From Phoronis australis (taxonomy: Eukaryota; Animalia; Phoronida), in NCBI GenBank assembly GCA_002633005.1, contig NMRA01000046.1:321028-385027 (forward strand): a stretch of 64,000 nt of DNA, read 5' to 3'. The position numbers and the translations under genes are program-made. Numbering within the stretch: position 1 is the stretch's first letter; each line of letters begins with the position of its first letter. The notes beneath the pieces are model-generated. The model worked only from the letters and a program-made list of their open reading frames with translations, was not told the origin of the DNA and made no database searches. Of the stretch, positions 24,170 through 38,600 are shown one piece after another.

Positions 24170-26715
24170 AAGGGAATGACCGTTCGCAACCCTTGCGCAT
24201 TTTTTTAAATATGCAAATTAAGGTCGCCATTATGCAAAATTCTATTTTTGGTTATAATTTCCTTACCAAGAACTGCAGCCCGATTATTTTGATGTTTTTA
24301 CCCATGTTTCTATGGCCAACGAATTTAATAGTACACGTTTTTAGGTGAATACATGGTCAGGTTGCATAATTTATGCAAATTAAGGCTGCCATTATTCAAA
24401 ATTCTTGTGCTTATAGCTACTGTACCAGGCACCATAGATGAACTATCATGATATTTGCACCTATATTCTTTTGGTCAAGTGGTTTAATGAAATCGCTTTG
24501 CATGTTGTTGCATGATAAATTTGCATGATTAATGCAAATTTGCAGAACTTTTGCAAATTAAGGACGCCATTATTCAAAATTCTACTTGTGCTTATATCTA
24601 CTTGTGCTTATGGCTGCAGTACAAAGCACCACAGGTAAACTCTCGTGGTATTTGAACGTTCCTACGGTCAATTAGGTTAATGAAATCAGTTTGCAAGTTG
24701 CATGATAAATTAGCATAATTTATGCAAATAAATGCAGCCATTATCAAAAAATTCGTTTCTGCTCGTAACTTTCTTACGGGGGCAACTACATGTAAATTAT
24801 TTTGGTATTTTCACTGATGAATTTAATGTAATCTGTCATATCGTAAATATAAATAATCTGTAATTTATTACACAACATTACAAATTCTAGTTTTGTCTGA
24901 TACCCATGGTATGTGCAGTAGTAGATGTCCAAATTGTTTAATTGCATAAACCCAGGACAATAACCTATCAAATGGAGACCAGTCACAAGATGTTTCAAAT
25001 GCGTCAATTCAACACTCGGAACCTGAGCACACTACAGTATGACGTGCTCAAAATATTGTGGGGGGGTAGAAAATTGACTCTGCAATTGTATCTACTTGAA
25101 TTTCGTGGAATCTGACTAACGTGTTACACCCCTACAGTGCATGGGCAGGGAGGAGACCTTCACAATATCGCTACATGTTTTCACTGTTAACTTCGTGTCT
25201 ACGACTGTTCTATGCTTACCTGGTGATTTCATGGTTGTGGTATTTGAATTAAGCTGTTCCTTGTCTTAGTTATGCACACGAAGGACAAATATATTTTTAT
25301 CATCCGAAACAACCTAAAATTGTTTAAGTTCATATGCACATTTCACGTCCTGTTGGACAATAATGGAGCTAACTTCATGGGATGTTTCGATCTCCAATGT
25401 CCTTGTACTGGTATATAAGGGACAAGGATCTCTATTAGTGATTGCCTACTTGTGTTCCTAACGTACTGGTAGCCTTTCTCGAAGTCTGATAACATTGCCT
25501 GTCCCATACTTATTGTTTCATGTACGTTGACCGTTGAAGTAGCAATCCTGTCACTGCTAAAGTTCACCACTGCGTCTTTGGGATGGACATTGGGACTCCA
25601 ATAGATCGATGCTGGTATCTACTTTTGACAGATCCGTGCAATATCCTGGGCATGTGCATCAAGACGTGCCTTACTTTCTTTCGTGTGATAAATTTTAGTA
25701 CAGGATTTGATGTTACCTCTCTCCAAGATCTGTTTCAGTCTTGTAGGACAAATGGCAAATTGTCCCCAAAGTTTAAGATTCTCTACTTTGAGGGCAATTC
25801 CTTACTATTCCCTCACTACTGCATTCGTACCTCATCAATGTGGTCCCTTAACAGATTGCTCTGAGCTCCATTCCAGCATTCGCCCAAGTCATTAAACTAA
25901 TTTGCGTTTTTTCTATGGTCTGTAGGAACGCAGGATTATAGGCAATATCTTTTTGGAATTTTAGGTCTCAAATTGCAGAACACACTCTACACAAAATATT
26001 TTCTTACATCATCAAAAAGGAGATTCTGCAAATTTATCATCCTACAACCTGCAAACAGATTTCATTAAATTCATTGACCACTGAAACATAGGTGCAAATA
26101 TTTATAACAAACCTCTGGTGTCTGATGCAGTAGTTATAAGCACAAGTAGAATTTTGAATATGGCACCTGTAATTTGTGTAAATTATCAAAAACATAAGAT
26201 AAATTCGAAAATAATCTGCATGTAACGTCCGTAAGGAAATTAAGAGCAGAAACAGTATTTGGAATAGTGGTGTCCATTATTTGTATAAAATATGAAAATT
26301 CATCATGCAACAACTTGCAAACTGATTTCACAGAAACATGGGTAAAGACGTTAAAGTAGCTTTATACTTGTGGTGCCTGGTACTTCAGCTAAAAGCAAAA
26401 GTAGAATATTGAATAATGGCGGCCTTAATTTGCATATATTGTGCATGTTTTAAGCAAATTCACGATTATCCACCAGCAAACGAGGTCCATTAAATTCACT
26501 GACCATGTAAGCATGGGTGAAAATATTAATGCAACCCGTCTGCAGTGCATGGAAAGGGCGCTTTAAGCAACAAATAATTTTGAATAATGATGGCCTTAAT
26601 TTGCATTAAGTGTGCAAATTTATCATGCAACAACATGCAAACAGGTTTCATTAAACTAATTGACCATAGAAACATAGGTGCAAATATGATAATTCACCTG
26701 TGATGATTGGTACAC
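24170..26715. mobile_element. Foldback-like DNA transposon remnant with long inverted arms of ~160-180 bp units and a decayed internal ORF
   Basis: Units ATGCAAATTAAGG..GCCATTATTCAAAATTC at ~24211, 24373, 24551 and 24722; inverted copies ~25890-26710; minus-strand peptide HPKDAVVNFSSDRIATSTVNVHETISMGQAMLSDFEKGY. Confidence 0.6.
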
Positions 26716-27124
26716 AGGCCCGTAGCCAGCATTGCGCGGGGGTGGTTCGAATATCTAGAAAGGTGGACCTTTTGCAAACGTCGACACTCGAGTTTTCGGT
26801 AAGGCGCTTGAAGCTTAATTATGGGCAAGGGATATATCCATGGCAACGATGGCTCTCAGCTCTATGTTGCTGAATACGGAGTTTGTAATACCAGAAATGA
26901 GGATGTCGTGACGGTTGCTCGCAAAAAACGAGACTCAAATTCGGACGTAATGTGATCCATAAATATAGGCCTAACGTTATGCCAAACTTTCAAATCGGGC
27001 TTTTTTAATGAGTGATTACACCTCATTACATACTTGGACGGTAATATTTAGTCGGAGAATGACTTGACGTAATTTTTCACCTGATTGTATTTTTGTTAAA
27101 AGTTGCTTTCATCGCTGGAAATAG

Positions 27125-28318
27125 GAACAGCCCACTATTCCGAAGTATCACTATTCCGAAGGTTCACTTCTTCGAAGGTTCACCACTCCGAAGGTTCACT
27201 ACTCCGAAACTGTTATACTTTTACATGCAAAAATAATCTGCACTTCGGTTATTAGATGCAACTACAATTGTATACCGACAACAATCATGATACACCCGGC
27301 TAATAAATCACTTTGTTTGGACGTCATGTGCATGTGACATTGTCCGCATATGTCTTAGTACGAATATGGTAAATTGAGTACGTGCTTGCATTTTTAAAAG
27401 AATATGAAGTAGGAATGTTGATGAATTATCAACCACGATATATTCATCAATCCCATTTCAAGATCGCATCATTTCACAGCGCGACAGATAAGTTTAGGGC
27501 GGCTGCGCTTCAACCTCACCCACTGGAACTGCTCGCACGGCCGGGTCGAAACTAAATGTAGTTAATAGGCTACCCTGTTCCTACCAGTCTTCACGAAGTC
27601 TCATTCAGTCTTCTTAAATTTAAAACCGCCGTTGGTCGCCACATTTTGGACCTGTGACCCAGATGTTCTCCCTAATTGAGAATGAGTCTTTAGTTAACTT
27701 TCATCAGTGAATCCCGATTGCCGAGTTGGAACAGAGCTCTTCTGTAGGGTAAACGTACCTCTCCCTCCAGTCTTGGCCCCTGGAGTTAGGGTTTGGTATC
27801 CGGCTGCCAGCCTCTGTAAGTATGCGAATCTACACAATACCTCATTTTTCCTCCGTTTTCTTTTGGTGCGTCCCTGCGGATGGGCATGAATGAGCTGTCT
27901 TCAACATCTCTCGTGGCGCTTTTTATTGCCCATCTTTCCAGAGATTATTATTTTATATTTATGTTATTTCTACACTCATATTTCTGTACCTTATCAGTCA
28001 TAATAAATGACCTTATATCCCCTATACACGGTCTCCTTTGTATCTCTGGAAACGGAGCTTGCGACGCACCTATTATTTTCGGGGCATATTCCGAGCACTC
28101 ATAAACAATGTAAATCCAACATTTTGGGACTATTAAACTCTTGCACACCCTTTAGATGATTACTAAATAGACACAAATACAACACTTTATTCATGTCAGC
28201 TGAATCATTAGTAGAAAATCAGAGTCATGAACTGTCGGAATTCTGGTTTCGGAATTGTGGACATTTGGAGTAGTGAAGGTAGTGAACCTTCGGAGTAGTG
28301 AACCTTCCGTGTAACCTT
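27125..28318. mobile_element. TIR element whose ends are arrays of the 16-bp unit GGTTCACTACTCCGAA
   Basis: About 5 direct copies at 27130-27208 and inverted copies at 28248-28310. Confidence 0.6.
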
Positions 28319-29585
28319 GGAAATCTTTATAGACCGGCAGCCCAGAGCACTTAGCATAGATGAACGAGGTACCAACATCTGACCACGGGAGCATTTAGAG
28401 TTGGCCTCAGTAGGTACAGAAATGGACGTCTGCCGTTGTCTCAGTGCAGTCTGGGTGTGACCCTTGGGGGCCTATGAAAGGGCCCAAAAATGAGCGAGAC
28501 TAGATATTTGAGGTACCAACAAAAACTGATTTAAAACGAACAATAGCACCGCACTGAACACGGAATGACCCATGACAGACAAATTGCACTCTGGAATGGC
28601 GGGTCCGGCAGAAAGTCCGGACCCCCCAAAATGAGCTAGCACATACATTCGAGGAACCACTGACAAAAAAAAAACAATTCCATATGATTCAATACATGTC
28701 ACAGATCACTAAATGCCCTATGACAGGCAAATTACACTCTGGATTGTGCCCGACAAACCCCCAAATGAAAAACTTATCTCAATCATCTGGTATGCCATCA
28801 CTGAGAAAAATGTGAGCTCTATGGGTCATTCGGTGCCAGTGTCAACGCCTTGCCGTGCAGAGAGAGAACCACCAGTCCCGGACAGTCGTTTAATCGGTTT
28901 TGGAACCACCTATTGAAAACTTCTGGCTGCGTCAGTGAGGCTGATAATTACAGCAGTGGCGAAGAGATTGGGAGCAAGAGCTAGGGTCAGAAGTTACTAG
29001 TTGCTGGCTCCCGGAGCGTAAGTACATAGTCGGCCGGGCAGTGAAAAGGCGCCGAGAGGAGCAGGTATCAAGCTACCAAGAATAAAAAGGGAACACAATG
29101 TAACTTGATTTCCCCGCGATTACTGTTAAATAAAACGAGGAAACGTGACATTGGATTTTTTTCGTACCAAGATCATGATTTGTTTCTATGTGTAACATAC
29201 AAAAAATCCGTTTAGATTTATGAGTGGTTCGTCAAACCCGGCGTCCCGTCCATCTGCTACTTGCCGGGCAATAGGCCTAGCGTCCAGGGCCGTGTTTAGC
29301 AATATTGACCTGGAGTACCGTGACAAATAAACTGTTGGATCCGTAACCTCTATAACGCATTACTTTCATTTTTCACTGTTGCTAATGCAACGTTAATACA
29401 GACGTTCTCTGGCCTGTAACAAACAACTATCAAGCCCAAGTGCAATTCGATTAGTCCACAAGATGTCGCAAATCACGAATGAAGTTCTTTTGCATGCAGA
29501 AAACAAAAATATTTGTGACACGCATCTCGGTGTTATCAAGTCGTTTGTGTTTTCTTGTCTGTTTTGTTTCCAATATTTGACCGCA

Positions 29586-29682
29586 ATGTCATCGAAAGAT
29601 TTGCTCAATAGGCTCAAAAAGTTTGACGCCTATCCAAAAACTTTAGAAGACTTCAGAATAAAGACATTTGCTGGAGCAAGCG
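29586..29682 (+). CDS. ERGIC3: ERGIC3 exon 1
   Basis: [32 protein letters not shown]; donor |GTACGT. Confidence 0.93.
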
Positions 29683-32600
29683 GTACGTACGGACTTGACA
29701 GTCGGCACCGACGATAGCGTTTTGAATCGGCATTCGACAATATTAATTATTTTACACTATTACACAGTAACCTGAGTGATCAATCATCAAGGATTGAGAT
29801 TCTGGTAGTTATTGTTCTTTTAGGCAGGTACTCTGTCCAAAACCAGCCTTGAAATCAGCTACCATGGCTGATCATTTTCGNCCCCCCCCCCCTATACTAA
29901 ACTATAGTTGGCATCAATTTATGGCAGTTATCAGAGTTATCTGCAAGAGCGATATGGGAAAAAAGTGAGCAAAACACTGCTGTAGTGGGGCATAGGCACC
30001 TTTTGGCATTTGAACATAGGGCCTACGCACCGTAAGTTACGTTCAGTGCTCAAGGTGGCTTTGGGTGCCTATTTACCTCTTATTTTACCACTAGTCACTA
30101 CGTCTACAGCACTGGAGCAAAACATTTTTTTCAGTGTCATTAAAAACTACACTCTCTTCCTTCAGTAAACTAATTATCTGGTCACCATTGACTGCTGCGA
30201 AAAGAATTCTATCAGTCCGTTAGGTGTTATTTGGCAGTTAAATTTGTGGAGCGATCATACGATTCAACTTTTGACTTGAGCGCTATCTGTTGGCTGATTT
30301 CTGTTCTCTCCAATTCTTCAGTCCACTATTTTTTTCACAAGATTGTTCACAGTAAACAACAAATAATGACTATCAGCTGTACTTCAGTGTTGGTTTTGAG
30401 TATTCAGTATGAGTGAACCGCAATCTGGGAAAATTTTGCAAAATTGTCATTGTCACGTTTTTCCTCGTGTGTGGGTGGGCGCAGGTTGTTACAGACCGGT
30501 GCTAATAGCTTTCGGTGCGATGATTGACTGCAGACTGGTACGAGTTAATCCTTTATTAATCCCAACCGTATGTTCACAAGCCTACTCAAACAAAACGTCC
30601 GACGTAATGTCTGTTTATGCTCCAGCCAATGCTGCGAACCCTTGACTTGTGATGAACTTCTGAGACACGTTCAGCAACTGTTACACTCGTCGATTCAATA
30701 AGCTGCTGTCTCTATAGCTGGCTCTCTATTGACTATCGCTGTAACTGCTGATTCTCTTCACTGCAACTCAACTGTAATCTCCTGATTAACTTTCTTGAAC
30801 TCACCGATTAACTGACTTGATCTGATCTAACACAAACTCGTGCTTGTGTACTTATAGCCTAATGAATTGTTCTGGAACTTTACATCAATTAAGCACATTC
30901 TAGAACTTTCCTGAATCTACCCAATCATTCTACAAACATATACTAGTCTCTAGAATATTCCAGACTGCATTAATCATTGTCATGTTACAGTCTTCTAGAA
31001 AATTCCACACTATACTGCAGTAAACAAATTACATCATCACTACTGAACTCAGTCTACTAGAAAGTTCCATACTATTCTGTAGTAAACAAATTACATCATC
31101 ATTGTACTTAACTCAGGGGTCATGCCAATCAAACAGAATAACAAAACAATACAATACAACTAAAAATACTGTCAGACTATATTCTGACAGTCATCACCTC
31201 TCAAAAGATGTCCCTTTACCAAACTAAAAGTCAAGCAAATGTCACATGTGAGCATGTCACGAGTGTACTGTTTTGAAAATGTCAGCTGACTTTTCTTTTT
31301 ACAAAAACAGAGAGTGTTGTAAGGAAATGCCATGCATCAAACTGTGTGCAGCTGTATGCGTAACAGGCAGAAGGTAGGAGTCATATAAATGCCTGAGTTG
31401 TGAAAACTTCTGTACAGTTGGGCATGCTACATTGTGGTGCAAGTTTCATAGCAAGAGGCAAATAGAGTTGTGGCGAAATTGAGAAAGCAATGTTGTCAAA
31501 TTTTTACCCGCGTTGTTCACTAGCTGTGTTTTGATATTCAGTTTTACACAACTAGTTAACTGGCTATTGGTACCCCATTTGACACAGTAAGCATTCTATA
31601 TCATTCATGAATTGTTGCTCACCTGGTGGTATATATTGTTTCCTGATTTTGATAACCAAACCGTCACAGAGTAATGTGATCATTAATCAGTGGAACTGTA
31701 ACTGATTCTCCGAAGCCTGGATTGTTACATCTGACCAGTATTGTCATTGCATATCAGCCGTGTAAGCTTTACACAAGTGGATAGAGCAGCCATCATTGAA
31801 TAGACATGGCGGTCTCAGTTTCAATCGTACAGGATAGAAGTCGTGCTGTTTTGCCGCATCAACTGTCTAAGACACCACTTATTGGTCATTCCCCACCATA
31901 GCGTCAGCTGCTAAGCTGAAGCCCACGAGATGCAGGTGTAACTTTGCTAAATGTGAGTTAACAGTTCAAGTATTTGTTTTAAATGATTTCTTCTATTATT
32001 CGGCAATTGTAGTTTCTATCAGTCCTGGATCCTGTGAATTGGTTGCATCTATTGAATGAATGTCCCACTGTTTGAAGTGGTTATTGTCTCCATTGGTTAA
32101 CCAGTATCACTTCTTCTCAACAGTCACCATTGTGAGCGGTATTTTGATGTTCATCCTGTTTGTCTCTGAATTGAATTACTACTTAACCAAGGAAGTTCAC
32201 CCAGAACTGTTTGTTGATACATCAAGAGGTCAGAAACTAAAGATCAACATAAATGTTTCATTCCCAAGGTTGTCTTGTGCATGTAAGTTATCTAACAACT
32301 TGGATTTCTTAACACCAAGCTTTCTGGTGTACAGCTGTTGAATCAAATTCATTATTGTCTAAACATCTATGTTTTTGTGCCAAAAATCTTTACCAAAATT
32401 TGGCTTTGTATGCTACGTAACTAGTTATGATAAATGAGCTTAAAATTGAGATTTTTTGGGAAACGTGTAAAAAGACACACAGGTTATTTTTATCAAATTC
32501 GTTATCCCCAATTTGTTTGTAGTGCAATGCATACATAAAATGTCAAAGTCTACCCATTACAACTCCAAGCCCCTTTGAACAGCTTCCTAACTTTTGGCTT

Positions 32601-35600
32601 TAAATTGTAATGTGCATTTCTTTTAATTTTGGTCGTCTATGTTGATGTGTTATGCTTTTAGTTATTTTCTTCATTGCATCAAGTCAAAATGCACTTTGAA
32701 TTATACTTTTCAGTGTTAAGTATAGATGCAATGGATGTGTCAGGAGAACAGCAAATTGATGTAGATCACAACTTAGAAAAAGTTCGTCTTAACCTTAATG
32801 GTTTACCAATAGACTCAGAGAAAGGAGGTAAGTCAGTTGTGATGCTGAATCTTAAATAGAATACTAGGTCAGAAACATTGTTGGTGCCATGCAGTTTGTC
32901 TCATTCAGTGTGGGATGGAAACTCTATATTCTTTTCAGTGTGAGGTTGATACTAGTACATTGTAGGTTGAAAAAGTTTCCATTATCGGCAATGTTCTGGT
33001 GTGATGCCTACAGTGTTGCTGTAAGCAGACAACAATTCAAGACTGACTCTATAGACCCTATTCACGCCGACAGGAGGCGCGTTCCAAAATGAGGCTCGCT
33101 ACGATAGCTCTGGTGGCTTATCCGCGTAGTTGTACTCTGCGTTGCTCGAACAGCTGGAAAAAATGCGGACTCTCAACTGTCTGTTTTACAATCCCCAAGG
33201 ACGTTGGGATTCGGAAGCGTTGGGTTCTTGCCATACGCCGCCATGTCCATGTAAAATTTATAACTGTTTTCTAATGGTCAGCCAGGCTGTATTTTCATGA
33301 GTATGGGTTAAAGCGCGATGCATTTTTCTTTACAAAAAGGACAGGGCCCTCAATCCTTCAATTTTGGGGCCAAATATCGTCCCTATTCCCCTCTTAAAAA
33401 TATTGAAAAATCAGGCGAAATTCCCGGACCCACGAGGCCGAAAAATTCCCTTAGTGATTGAAAATTTCTCTCCAACGGTTCAAATCACCTGTGACCACAG
33501 AGGTGACAATTTGAAAAAGTACAAAATCATAGGCGGATTTAGGGGGGGCCACCCCCCCTCCCTTGACTGCCACAAGCAAAATAAACCAGCAAAACGTGAA
33601 GCGGGAGGAAATTCTGAGTTTGACTGAGCTAGGACCGATAGCGGACGAGGGGGGAAGGTATACATCCTCAGCGCCCGCAACTTCCGGGCCGCCTACGTGC
33701 ATACAATCGCGCTTTTCCCGCTTCTCCGAGGATGTCGGGCCCCCCTCATGGTATCCTAGATCAGCCACTGAAAATGCTACTTGAGACAGAGGTATGACAG
33801 CTTGCAACAGGGTGGGGTGCTATTGATGGTGATCGGGAGGTCAGTAGATTTTTCACTGACCCGTCACTCGGCGAAACGTTCCCCTCTTAGAAGGTTGCAC
33901 AGGCACCTTTCCCCTCGGAACGAGGCCTCTGAAGAAACATGATAACTGTGCTTGTTCCAGGAGGATCCAGGACTTTGAGTTAGGTGGGGGGGCAAGGCAG
34001 AGTATTAGCCAGGATTTTGCCTGTCAGACATTCGTGCTCCTGAACTGCCAAATGGAATCTGGGAGACTTTTAGGGGGGGCATGGCCCCCTTAGCTCCCCT
34101 CTAAATCCGCCACTGTGTTCTGTCCAGTTAACTATAATTGAGCTCTAAAACGAGGTTATGCTTTGGACGAAATGTTGTTTTAATTTTAAAATTCAACTTG
34201 TTCGAAATTGATATTTGAAAAATATAACACATGAAATAGACGTAATTATTAAAACCAAGAAAGCAGAATTGATGGTCATATAATTTTTATTTTCAATTGC
34301 GAGCCTGGTTTTTTATCATAATCAAGTATTATTTCAGATCAATGACGAATCAACTGTTAGCCCCGGTAGTGCCTACCTCACCAGGACCTAGGCTATGCTT
34401 GAAGCTAATAGGCCTACTCTTGATCAACAAATTAAACCAGATGTAACTAAGGGCTGTTCCATCAAAATCTGTGTGGGAGGGGGGGAAGGCAACTGAAATA
34501 AAAATTTATGGGTGGTTGCGTTTGATTTCAATTCAAAATGGCTGGTGGTCGTACTTCAAAAAAATTAAAATTTACAGGTCGTTGTTGTTTCATTGGGCCA
34601 TAAATGTTTGATGGTGGGTAATTTTAGTAAATTTTATAAACAATCCGCACAGAATCAAAAACTGAAACAAAAAGGCAACTTTCAAAGAGCTCCGACTTTT
34701 TCACTCCGTCCGATCTCCTCATCGGCATGCATATAACACCATTTAACCTCGATGGCCAATAACCATATATATGAAACATATGTTTTCTTAGTAATGAATG
34801 ACGTTAGTGGTGTTGGAGGAACAGATAAACTCAAGCGCCTGTGCAGTCAACCACAAGAACAAAAAAAAATTACGAGTGGTTGCATTTCAAACTTATAAAA
34901 AATTACGGGTGGTAGGCTGAAGAAATAAATGAAAAATATGGGTGGTGGGTGCGAAAAAAAGGTGCCTTCCCCCCCTCCCATACAGATTTTACTGGAACAG
35001 CCCTAATTGCACATGACAGCAAAATGCTATGAGCCACCACTGTTGAATATATCTTGAACTCGTCAACAATACGACCAGATGAGCTGGTTCATGTAGAAAG
35101 CATTTTTATCAAGAATTTATTAGAAGAAACGTAACCCTGCATTCAGCATGATACCTAATCCGTAACACTACGATTGCCTCAATTTGGTCATGTTTACCTT
35201 TCATGTTTGGAACCTAGTTTTCCGGAAAAAAAAAACTTATATCCTTTCATCAGACAACTCTTTGGTGCATTGACTTGTTCTTTACCTGTATTTTTCTACA
35301 TCTCTGTGGTTAATTATTGACCAATTTTTTAAGATTTAGTATTCAGGTTGGACTCCAAAGACCGGCCATTTAACTCAAGCTATGGAAATTTCCGCTTTGT
35401 CTTATCGCAGTGAGCCTCGCTTTGGATTTTAATGTCCGCCTCGTGAATTGGGTCTTTAAAGGTGTGTTCAGCAGTTTTTGATGGTGTCATTTAGTTCGGA
35501 AAATACAATTTAAATGACATCATAAAAAGGTATCTTTTGTTGGGAGTTGCCATGAACAAAGGCTGTGTTATAATTGGAAGTAGGATTTCAAAACTACCAT

Positions 35601-38600
35601 GTTCAAAAACATTTCCCAGTTTCGCATGATGCCCATGACCAGTGACCCTCCAATTCAAAGTGTTGTTATAGTACAGGCATGTATCTGCAATAATGTGGTT
35701 AGAATATTACATCTTACTGTAACTGACGTCTTCATTCTGGATAAGACATTGAGCTCCCAGGGCTGTTGTTAGCAAGTTGGACAAGACCCCAGTTTACGTC
35801 AAGTTACTTGCTTGCTTTACTTAGGCGTCTAAATACTGATAGGGTGTCTAAATGTGAGCCAGGGTGTCCGTTTAGACACCCTCTAGGTGAAGGCTTGGTT
35901 GGAAGTTGATTTGAAGCAATCTCTCCTGTCCAATTTGTTATAAAATTGGTGTCTTCTTGAGAGCTTGTACGCCCGTAAAATGCACCCTTTCACTGCGAAT
36001 TTCATTATTGATAGTTTCTGTATAAAGTCACTTTCTGTTCAAAGTGACATTTCTCATTTGCACCAAATGAGTATTGATAATAATACCACTCTTTCATTAT
36101 TCATTCCTTGTATTGTGCATGTTGACTGTCTGAAAAAGGTTATGCTGTATTATAGTTTGATATCAGGTTTGATGAGTGCCAAAACACACACCTACAAAAT
36201 AACAACCCTGCATCTTCAAAGGCAGTGCGAGCCTGCAAACTCAAGCCTGGCACCTAAAAACGAAAATCATCTATGAAACACAAATCACATGATTGTAACT
36301 TGAGCCTTTTGCACTTGGGTAATTAAATGGGTTCATACCATATACATCTTGATATGGCATTGCCATAACCGTAACATGGCCATAAAAGTAGCCGTCTCCA
36401 CACGATCAAAACAGAACTACTTTATATGACTGGAATTCCAATTTTAAACCTAATCAACCATGGTTTAAGCTGATGCTGAATAAATTACATGAATTTACGT
36501 TTACTTTACATTTCAAAAACTAAGCAAACATGATACACTGGAGAGCATTTGGTAATTAAAATCGCAAATTCTCCTCACAATAAGCAAACTTTCTTGCCAC
36601 TTAGTCTTTGTTGTCACTCCTTCCTCAAATTTGCCTGTTCATGAAAACTTGTAAACAAAGCCAGTGAAACCAATCATTGTAAATTGCAGTGGTAACTATA
36701 GTAGTGTTCTGTTTTCATTATTTTGTAAATTGCAGTGGTAACTATAGTAGTGTTCTGTTTTCATTATTTTGTGGTGTAAAAATAACAGTAGTAATATCCA
36801 ATTTAACTTAATCAAAAACTTTTATTTAAATGACACATTATATGTAAATCAACAGGATTTGTTGCCTCCAATCTGGGACTGAAGCCGAAAACAAGAATGC
36901 ATCAAAGTAGATCAAATTAGCCACAGCGATATTACGAATAGCAGTCGCTACTGAGTGAAATGAGAATAAACTCAAAATTGTAAAAATCCATAAAATACCG
37001 GTACACAAAAACCAAGGAAACAGATGTGATGTTCAGAATGCAATCTCAAATATCATCTCCACACCTGCCACTCCAAGAAAATGGAAGCTGGTTTTTCAGT
37101 AGCGTTGTATCCCTATGCGTATTGGCCCAGAGAGGAAATGGGGGTTAGATCTTAAGTATGTGGTATAAATATTTCGGCCTCAAATCAACCTCAGCTAATA
37201 ACACACCCATATATAAACATTAATTTGTAGTTTAACATATAGAGGGGCTGGTGTCCTTGCTTTCTCTGTTGCTTTACTCAGGGCTCATATATGTTAATAT
37301 ATGCTCACGGTTTGGTCAGAGTAAAGTGAGAGGCCTCTTTTCCGTGAGTGGGTTGATCAGTCGCATGTTCATTTGTTATTTGAAGTAAATGAGATGTATC
37401 ACTTTTCTGTCCGCAAATTAGTTATGCAAGGACGTCTTGTTTCTTTAATTTTGAGTTTTGTTCCAGATTCAAAGTTGTTTTGCAGGCACACGTTCTTGGC
37501 ATTGTTCAGGTCAGTGAAGGTATCAGATATGTATGCCTTTGGATGAGCAATGAGTGCATTTGGATGTCAATGAGTGCATTTGGATGTCAGTTGAATTTGT
37601 TTCACACTCTTTATTTTAAAGCTGTGTTTCAATCTGAAATTTGTATCTTTCTCAGAGCTTGGTGATACTTCAAAGGAGTTTGTTGAGGTTTGTATCTCTT
37701 ATTACTAGATCAGATGTAAATTCAAATGTGTACCACCTAGTGATAACTAGATGAAAATTAAAATTAGAGGATTATGTTTCCATAGACAAAAGAACCCTCT
37801 GTTGAAAATCAATACAATATATAGTTTTGAGTGGCATGTTCAGTTTCGTCTTTACAGTTGTAATTCCTCTTGAAAATCATAATGTGCTATAACAATGCCA
37901 GGACTGCATTCTGTAGGCCAAGAGATTAGCTTGCTCTTGGCATAAAATATTCTCGCTTACGGAATGGAAACTGAATTTTATCCCATAATTCAACATTCTA
38001 ACCTCACTGTACTATCACTTCAGTTGATCGACAGAATTCCACTAAACAACCAGTCTCAAAAGCATTGGCAGTTTTGTTGAAACCTACGGAATTGAGCATA
38101 GTTTTGTGTTGAAATGGGTAAATTATTTAGCTGCATTGTCGAGTTGTGAAAATTTGTTAAAGTATTATGTTGTTGAGATATTTTGAAAACTGCTTCTAGC
38201 TGGTTCTTGTGAACTCAAAATGCTGAAAGATTTTGGTCCGTTCATAGATTAAGTGGTTTAAAATTTCCTTACATAGTAAGTCCTGCATTGTGCTCTGTTC
38301 CAACTCAGTAGCTGGCTGTGAGGGCATCAGTGAATTGTCATTCTATGTCTGCGTTCTGTAAGACATAAAGTTGCAAATTTGTAATGACTGTCTCAGGATT
38401 ATTTGACATGACATTTTGAAAAAGCCAGAATTTAACAGCACTTCGTAATTCTTTAGGCCATAATAATGTACATATTGAGAATATTTCAGAAACACCTTGT
38501 TTGCTTTCAGACAATCAAAAAACCATTAGACCCCAACCGGTGTGAGAGCTGTTATGGTGCTGAATCTCCTCAATTGAAGTATGTTGTTATTATTTAAACC

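Larger units (their letters stand above)
33053..35455 (+). mobile_element. DNA transposon remnant with a THAP-domain fragment (ISL2EU/Harbinger- or P-like), hosting nested MITEs
   Basis: TIR AGACCCTATTCACG / CGTGAATTGGGTCT. ORF 33089-33274 (CTLRCSN...FTIPKD...[10 protein letters not shown]) matches the C-x-C...P...W THAP pattern. Confidence 0.65.
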
